Source of the DNA: Terrimicrobiaceae bacterium
Lineage (GTDB): Bacteria; Verrucomicrobiota; Verrucomicrobiia; Chthoniobacterales; Terrimicrobiaceae
Reading direction: 5' to 3'
DNA length: 31,992 nucleotides
Assembly: GCA_041752695.1 (NCBI GenBank)
Contig: JBGSVZ010000003.1
Coordinates: 1-31,992, forward strand
The notes under the pieces were generated by a model. It saw nothing but the letters and a program-made list of their open reading frames with translations, made no database searches and was not told where the DNA came from. The position numbers were made by a program, and so were the translations under genes. Position 1 is the stretch's first letter. Every line of letters begins with the position of its first letter. Shown piece after piece: positions 27,171 to 31,992 of the stretch.

Positions 27171-27569
27171 TTACTGCGCGTTTTTTCCTGAATCTCTTCC
27201 TTGCTCTAAGTCGACAAGAGGATTACCCAGGACTCGCCAGATCAGAAAAAGCGTCACGATATGAAAGGCCGCAATCCCCAAATTGCTGATCACCACAGGG
27301 TTCTGCCAGGTTCCGACGGTGAACGGCGTCGTAAGTTTATAGATCACCTGAACTAACAATAGCGCGGCAACGGCTCGTGGCCCGCGGAACACGATCAAAA
27401 GCACGGAGCCCATCAGGATGCTCAGATAAACGGCGAGCAAAATACCACGTGCCGGAGTCACTCCACCGAAGACGGCCTGCGTCCATTCCGCATTCGTGAC
27501 GAGACCGGCACAAACCGGAAGAAGCACCGCAATGTTTACCAGCAGTGAAACCGCAATGAATTTTTGCAT
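27171..27569 (-). CDS. Hypothetical 4-TM membrane protein
   Basis: GGAG then ATG at 27569; four hydrophobic segments. Confidence 0.7.
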   Translation of the reverse strand: MQKFIAVSLLVNIAVLLPVCAGLVTNAEWTQAVFGGVTPARGILLAVYLSILMGSVLLIVFRGPRAVAALLLVQVIYKLTTPFTVGTWQNPVVISNLGIAAFHIVTLFLIWRVLGNPLVDLEQGRDSGKNAQ

Positions 27570-27649
27570 AACTCCAGGCCGCAGAATTTTGCCCGGCTTT
27601 TTTCCGATCGTGTCGTCGCGCTTGACCATGTCAGCCTCTTGCCGCGGCA

Positions 27650-27919
27650 CTAACCGTTGAATTCTCCGTCGACCCTTTTGGCCTGTGGCAACTGGGAATC
27701 GAGCGATTGTCGGTATCGGACACAACCCCGGATGAACATCGGCCATTCCGGGACCTCTGGGACGACATCCGTTTCCTCGGGCAACAAGCTCCACAAGCCG
27801 GGTTGGTGCCAGCAAAGATCATAGCCACTCGCATTACGATGCTCCCGGACAGCCTCCTGCAGCCTTGTCACCTCCGCAATAAGTTGCTCCCGTGTCATCG
27901 CTTCCAGGTCGGTGTTCAT
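27650..27919 (-). CDS. Conserved hypothetical protein (CWH..LW.LLPE motif)
   Basis: GAGGA RBS 7 nt before the ATG at 27919; short coiled coil followed by HR...DLCWHQPGLWSLLPE..PEWP.F.RGCVRYRQSLD. Confidence 0.75.
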   Translation of the reverse strand: MNTDLEAMTREQLIAEVTRLQEAVREHRNASGYDLCWHQPGLWSLLPEETDVVPEVPEWPMFIRGCVRYRQSLDSQLPQAKRVDGEFNG

Positions 27920-28027
27920 CGTCATGTCCTCATTGATATTCATCGCAAGAACCGCATCGCTCCGCGCCATGCCTCTCCGCGGGGCGTATCGCTTTGTTGC
28001 CACTCAAAATTTTTTTCCCAGATTTCA

Positions 28028-28267
28028 TCAGCTACTTCGAAGGTGCCAACAGCCACCGTAAATCAGACCGGCCGCCAAACCCACGATGTAGGGCCAGATC
28101 ACGAACGGATCGAAATCAAAAAGCTTTACCAAAGTGTACGCGAAAAAGACCCCGAGCAGGGCAGAAAGATAAATCCTCCAGGCATTCTCCACGGAAGGAC
28201 CTCGGTGACCCAGCGCCTCGAGCGCAGTCCCTATACCGCTCAATAAAGCTTTGATCAGGTCATCCAT
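28028..28267 (-). CDS. Small hypothetical membrane protein
   Basis: 79 aa with two hydrophobic helices; same strand as neighbours and fills the gap between them. Confidence 0.55.
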   Translation of the reverse strand: MDDLIKALLSGIGTALEALGHRGPSVENAWRIYLSALLGVFFAYTLVKLFDFDPFVIWPYIVGLAAGLIYGGCWHLRSS

Positions 28268-28295
28268 GGGAACCAGTCCCTGAGATACCTTGTCT

Positions 28296-28706
28296 TCATA
28301 AGGACTTCAACGGTCCTGCGCCGGGGCACCGCTCCGTGTGCTCATCTCCTCCCCGCCCCCAGTAGGTGACACGTAGTCCGCGCAGGAAGGCAATATAGCC
28401 CTGAACACCTGTTGTCATGGCCCGGATGGTAAAATCTCGATGATGTTGCCCGTTCACTTGGCTGTCGAGAATGGCTGCCCGTAAGGCCGCCTGATCAAAC
28501 TCTGCAGAAACCTCCGGCAGGCCCTCATCGGTGATGGGAGTGACAACAACATCCCCGGCGCCACGGTAAAACGCCTTTCTCAAGGTCACGTAATCCACGT
28601 GGTAGTATTCCACCCCTGAGTCAATCAACCTGCCAACAATTTCTGCGAAAGGCATCGTCCCTGCAAGGGTGGCTCGCGAGGCTTCATCAACAATTTGCGC
28701 ATTCAT
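28296..28706 (-). CDS. DUF1398-like protein
   Basis: Two repeats of F......L...GV..Y (FAEIVGRLIDSGVEYYHVD; FTIRAMTTGVQGYIAFL.G.RVTYWGR.G..HTE). Confidence 0.75.
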   Translation of the reverse strand: MNAQIVDEASRATLAGTMPFAEIVGRLIDSGVEYYHVDYVTLRKAFYRGAGDVVVTPITDEGLPEVSAEFDQAALRAAILDSQVNGQHHRDFTIRAMTTGVQGYIAFLRGLRVTYWGRGGDEHTERCPGAGPLKSL

Positions 28707-28902
28707 AGTTGGACTTTCGTCTTGGATCAGAAGTGTCACCTTATCGGCATCGCTGCTGCAAGCGTCACAAGAATCAAAAAGACCGGCGGTTCACCCTCCC
28801 CGCCATCCCGATTCGGCGGCGCGGGCACTCCGCCTGCGGCTCGTTCCGAAAGAATCCGTTCCGGCAGTTCCAACGATGTCCTGAGTAAGCTTAACGCGTC
28901 AT

Positions 28903-29193
28903 TTAGGATTTCGGCATCTCACAAAGCACCACGGATCCACCGTGCATGACCACGGGATGCTTCTCCAGCAAATCCAAGATCTTCTCCCTCTCGTCGCAAT
29001 CAAACCGCATAAACCCCGCGATATGCTCTGTTGGTCTGGCAGATTCAGGATCTCCGACAACTGTTCTTACCCCGATTTCGCTGCCTCCCAAAAAACAGCC
29101 ACTCTGCTGCGCCGCCCTAAAAAACGCGTGCCATTCTTCAGGCGTGGGATCGCTCTTAACATTGTCTTGGATGAGGAGGATATATTGGGTCAT
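28903..29193 (-). CDS. YciI/DGPF-like protein
   Basis: YILLI..W..F......G...GG..IG; IAGFMRF; HPVV.HGG.V...E. Confidence 0.7.
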   Translation of the reverse strand: MTQYILLIQDNVKSDPTPEEWHAFFRAAQQSGCFLGGSEIGVRTVVGDPESARPTEHIAGFMRFDCDEREKILDLLEKHPVVMHGGSVVLCEMPKS

Positions 29194-29195
29194 AA

Positions 29196-29258
29196 ATCAG
29201 CAGGAAATAGGCCGAAAGTCCCGAAAGGACAGGGAGTAAGTCGACTGGCTCGTTAGAC
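29196..29258 (-). other. Truncated attC-like site (R''/L'' half only)
   Basis: One base after the stop of 29260-29793 the minus strand reads GTCTAAC-gagccagtcgac..tcctttcgggactt..cctgctgatt. This is homologous to the first half of the 126-bp sites and then runs straight into the ATG at 29193. Confidence 0.7.
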
Positions 29259-29259
29259 A

Positions 29260-29793
29260 TTAATTCTTTTTGATAAACGACAACCCCCGAAGGACAGTCT
29301 GCTCATACGCCTTGAAACGAACCTCGCCGCCTCCAACATGCGCACAGACCCTGAAAATCTTTCCGGCTTCGTCAAAAAAGTAGTATTTGACGATCGTGTA
29401 TCGCCGTCCGCGGGGTTCGTCATAATAAAAATCTGCCCGCAATCCAGTTAAACCGGAATCGGTTTTGACGTGCACGCTGCCCTTGTAGCTTTGTCTATCA
29501 TTGCTAGACCCCCATTTTGGAGAGAGCTCTGAGATTCGTTCGATTTCGCTGTCTATTGCTCCTTGGAGGTCCGTTGCAGCCTCCTTAGATCTGGAAAAAT
29601 GAATTCTGCTTGGAGGCCCTTTGGATGGCTGATCCGCAGAATATATACCCATCTCCCCATTCCTTTCTTTGACCGTCCAGCCATCGGGGATCCGCAATAA
29701 GATATTGCTATCTGGCAGATTCAAAGAGGCCGGCTCCGCGCCAAAGACGGCGGCAGCACTCACAAGAAGAGCGAGGATAACGCGATAGGCCAT
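29260..29793 (-). CDS. Hypothetical secreted protein (cassette gene; possibly PsbP/DcrB-like fold)
   Basis: ATG at 29793 lies 8 nt after the GTTAGAC core. Signal peptide MAYRVILALLVSAAAVFGA, then IPDGW. Confidence 0.75.
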   Translation of the reverse strand: MAYRVILALLVSAAAVFGAEPASLNLPDSNILLRIPDGWTVKERNGEMGIYSADQPSKGPPSRIHFSRSKEAATDLQGAIDSEIERISELSPKWGSSNDRQSYKGSVHVKTDSGLTGLRADFYYDEPRGRRYTIVKYYFFDEAGKIFRVCAHVGGGEVRFKAYEQTVLRGLSFIKKN

Positions 29794-29808
29794 GATGCTG
29801 TGTCTAAC

Positions 29809-29956
29809 GAGACTAACGGAAAAGGGTCTTAGTTGAAAAAGTCGCAAAAATTCCGAATGGTTTGGCGGCGGGAGCCTCATCAGAGGGGCCTTGGCGGGCA
29901 TCCTGGAGCGTTGTATTTTGGGACATTAGCTTAAAAAGGGGTTTTTCGACAGTCAC
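29809..29956 (-). mobile_element. 148-bp non-autonomous IS1182-type element (MITE or internal-deletion derivative) inserted in an attC core
   Basis: Imperfect IRs GAGACTAACGGAAAA / (rc) GTGACTGTCGAAAAA resemble the IS end at 31014 (GAGACCGTCGAAAAA). Flanked by an AAC direct repeat at 29806-29808 and 29957-29959. Confidence 0.8.
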
Positions 29957-30078
29957 AACGTCCGCGATCAGGAATCGCCACTTGCTTCTGGCGTGCTTCC
30001 TGCCCGCGTAGCGGGATCAGCTGGAAGCATGTCAGAAGTCCCGAAGGGATGGCGAATTGCTGCATCGCTCTGATGGGC
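29957..30078 (-). other. attC-like recombination site (126 bp once the 148-bp insert and one AAC are removed)
   Basis: Minus strand: R'' GCCCATC, L'' GCGAT(G)CAG, long stem, L' CTGATCGC, then GGAC-GTT|insert|GTTAGAC. Confidence 0.8.
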
Positions 30079-30079
30079 T

Positions 30080-30322
30080 TTATCTTTGATTCTGGCCGTA
30101 GTCGCCTGCCAGCAGACCTCGAAAAGACAGGTCCTCATCAAGATCGGGCCAATGCAGGCCAAAAGGAGACACCTCGATATTGTTCAGTTGATCAGGTGTG
30201 CCCTTCGCCAGTCGCGGGTTGCGACTGACTGGAAAACGCACCTCCACACCGCTGTCCATCGTGATCACAATGTGACCGTCTCTGAATGCGGTCGCTTTTG
30301 CGGTATTAACCAAGGTGTTCAT
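30080..30322 (-). CDS. DUF2442 family protein (putative antitoxin)
   Basis: P....PRL...T..QL.N.E....GLHWPDLDEDLS..GLL; start overlaps the end of the upstream DUF4160 gene. Confidence 0.88.
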   Translation of the reverse strand: MNTLVNTAKATAFRDGHIVITMDSGVEVRFPVSRNPRLAKGTPDQLNNIEVSPFGLHWPDLDEDLSFRGLLAGDYGQNQR

Positions 30323-30539
30323 GCCAAGCCTCAATGATAATCGTTCTATTCTCTTCTGCAAGCTCCTCTGCGCGGGCGAGTTCGCGCACCTTAAAGCCGA
30401 CGGACTCCCGCAATTCTACTGCGTCCTCCACATTGAATATCGCTTCACCGTTGCCCTTGCGGACGTGGACATGAATCGGTCTGTGGTCGTTGCTGTAAAA
30501 CGCAAACCTGAAGCCGTCCTTCTCGAAAACCAGTGGCAT
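30306..30539 (-). CDS. DUF4160 family protein (putative toxin)
   Basis: MP.V...DGFRF.FYSNDH.P.HVHV.KG..EA.F ... I.EAW.EH.G. Confidence 0.88.
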   Translation of the reverse strand: MPLVFEKDGFRFAFYSNDHRPIHVHVRKGNGEAIFNVEDAVELRESVGFKVRELARAEELAEENRTIIIEAWHEHLG

Positions 30540-30582
30540 ATTGGAATGCTATGGCGAGAGGCAAGAAAGGCGATATTTTTGT

Positions 30583-30708
30583 GCCCATCGTCCCCGATGA
30601 GGAATCCCCGCTTGCTTCTGGCGTGACTCCTGCCCGCGAAGCGGAATCAGCAGGAGACATGCCAGAAGTCCCGAAGGGACGGGGATTTGCTCCATCGGTC
30701 TGTTCGAA
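30583..30708 (-). other. attC-like recombination site, 126 bp
   Basis: Minus strand: R'' TTCGAAC, L'' CCGAT(G)GAG, AATCCCCG...CGGGGATT stem, L' CTCATCGG, R' GATGGGC. Starts 7 nt after the stop of 30716-31000 and is homologous to 29957-30078. Confidence 0.85.
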
Positions 30709-30715
30709 TTCATTC

Positions 30716-31000
30716 TTAAACGGTCTTCGAAAGTCCAACGACAGTTCCTAAATCGCCCATGGTCGCTTTGCGTCCATGACTCTCTTCAAATCTTTTTATG
30801 GCATATTGGGCTGTCGCCGCATCCGGAATCTGCCCTCCAGACAAACCGACGATAGAGCCGATCTGGCGGGGATCTGAAACGTCAATTATCTCACTCTCAT
30901 CAAGTCCGCCGCCGCTCCGCCTGGTCCCGGATGGAGTAAGCAACCAAAGGACAAAAACGAGCAGGCCAACGGCTGCGACTATTCCGAAAACGTGAACCAT
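30716..31000 (-). CDS. Hypothetical membrane-anchored protein (cassette gene)
   Basis: ATG 6 nt after the GTTCGAG core (31007-31013); N-terminal TM; attC-like site follows the stop. Confidence 0.7.
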   Translation of the reverse strand: MVHVFGIVAAVGLLVFVLWLLTPSGTRRSGGGLDESEIIDVSDPRQIGSIVGLSGGQIPDAATAQYAIKRFEESHGRKATMGDLGTVVGLSKTV

Positions 31001-31013
31001 ATCTTTCTCGAAC

Positions 31014-31992
31014 GAGACCGTCGAAAAAGCAGTTTTTGACTAGTTTTCAAAGTCACGGCACATAACAGTTAAGTTTTTGCGGATGGCGGAAGATTTTGAG
31101 GGGAAAGGCCGGATTCTCGAATATGTGTGCTGCTGCCGGTCAGGGGTGGCGTGTTATTTTGCTGAAAGGAGCGCACTTCCCCCCCTTAGTTCCTCCCAAA
31201 TCCGTGTTTCCCAAGTTTTTCGAGGTTGTGGACCAGGCAGTAGAGTTTCCACTGGAGATTGACCTTGGCTTGACCGCGCAGCGTGAAACGGTCCAGGCCC
31301 TTATGGGTGGTGAGGTTGGCAAAGACGGGTTCGACGATGCCGAGGCGGCGCGAATAGGTGGCCCGACCCAGTGGGGTGTCGATCTTCGCTTTCATCGCTT
31401 CGGTCAGCGACTGGCCTTCTCTGCCCAGGAAGATACGGACCTGACGGCCGCTCTTTTGCTCAGGGTCTTTCAGGCATTTGCGGCGCAGCGGGCAAGCGGC
31501 GCAGGTTGTATCTGAAGCCTTGAACGCCATGACCCGGTATCCTTCCCGGGTCAGGATGTTGCTGCCACTGCGGCAAAGCCTCTTGCCGGCCGGACAGATC
31601 AGCCCTCCGCTCTTCTGGTCGGCGACAAAGTCATGAGGGCCAAAGGTTGTGCGTTTGCTCCGGTAGTCCGTCTTGTGGCGGTCGGTGGGGCGACGGTGCC
31701 GCTGGGCGTCCTGGAACCGTGGATCCCGCGAGCGGAACTTGGCATCCGGGATGTAGGCGTCCACCTTGGCCTCTGCGCAGGCCCGCAAGTTTTCTTTTGT
31801 GTAATAGCTCGTGTCCGCGCTCACCACCGCTCCCTCCAGGACAGCTGGCATCCCCGCAGCCGCCAGGTTTTCCCTGGCGCCCTCCAGCATGGGGGCCGCG
31901 TTGGTCCCGTCGTTGCCATCGCCAAAGGCCTGCGCATGGACTACGATCTGGCGCGCCCCGTCCACCATCGCGTTGGCATTGTAACCCTGCAC
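31014..31992 (-). mobile_element. Right part of an IS1182-family insertion sequence
   Basis: Terminal GAGACCGTCGAAAAAG at 31014 abuts the AAC of a cassette core, 172 bp past the transposase stop. Confidence 0.88.
31186..31992 (-). CDS. IS1182-family DDE transposase, C-terminal part (5' end outside the window)
   Basis: QGYNA, ADTSY, CPAG..C..CPLR.KC, Y.RR...VEPVFA..K/T..G..RF.LRG..KV..QW.L.CLVHNL.K (DDE_Tnp_1_6-type). Confidence 0.93.
   Translation of the reverse strand: MQGYNANAMVDGARQIVVHAQAFGDGNDGTNAAPMLEGARENLAAAGMPAVLEGAVVSADTSYYTKENLRACAEAKVDAYIPDAKFRSRDPRFQDAQRHRRPTDRHKTDYRSKRTTFGPHDFVADQKSGGLICPAGKRLCRSGSNILTREGYRVMAFKASDTTCAACPLRRKCLKDPEQKSGRQVRIFLGREGQSLTEAMKAKIDTPLGRATYSRRLGIVEPVFANLTTHKGLDRFTLRGQAKVNLQWKLYCLVHNLEKLGKHGFGRN

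Noticed and set aside
27945..28003. Possible attC (TGGCAAC...GTTCTTG on the minus strand) after the 79-aa gene
   Set aside because: There is no convincing L''/L' pairing, no match to the 126-bp family, and no complementary partner core.
28710..28900. Spacer between the YciI-like and DUF1398-like genes as an attC or ncRNA
   Set aside because: Only short scattered palindromes are present, and there is no RYYYAAC near the stop codon.
29957..30708. The 126-bp repeats as a CRISPR array, tRNAs or the small ORFs 29968-30162 and 30445-30738
   Set aside because: The repeats are too long and are separated by whole genes. There is no cloverleaf or T-loop. The similar peptides are just translations of the DNA repeat.

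Overview
GC-rich window that looks like a Verrucomicrobiota (PVC-group) chromosome, inferred from the PEP-CTERM gene, a 'D-x-D-G-D...EYAFG' C-terminal surface-protein module and the gene repertoire. Bases 1-141 are the left end of an IS3-family element. From about 0.5 to 27.1 kb the region is mostly core or adaptive genes: a large secreted GSDH-propeller/Ig-repeat protein, a sulfatase, YqgE/AlgH, a GluR0-like channel coupled to a CorA-family gene, a class-III aminotransferase, a nucleotidyltransferase-GHMP-kinase fusion, ribBA-ribH-nusB-ftsY, iscA-hscB-hscA, DUF4331/DUF4198/AraC, a permease-TIGR03943-YddW-AttH cluster, xerD and a PEP-CTERM gene. From 27.1 kb to the end is a run of short minus-strand genes. 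Its right part is an integron-type cassette array, with two homologous 126-bp attC-like hairpins, one half site and no integrase in the window. The highlights are in this array. (i) A DUF4160/DUF2442 cassette is bounded by a non-canonical but self-complementary GAT/ATC core. (ii) Two IS1182-type elements, a 148-bp non-autonomous element and a transposase-bearing IS, are each inserted exactly at the GTT core of a cassette boundary, which suggests attC-targeted IS1182 transposition. All family assignments come from motif recognition by eye; no database searches were run.
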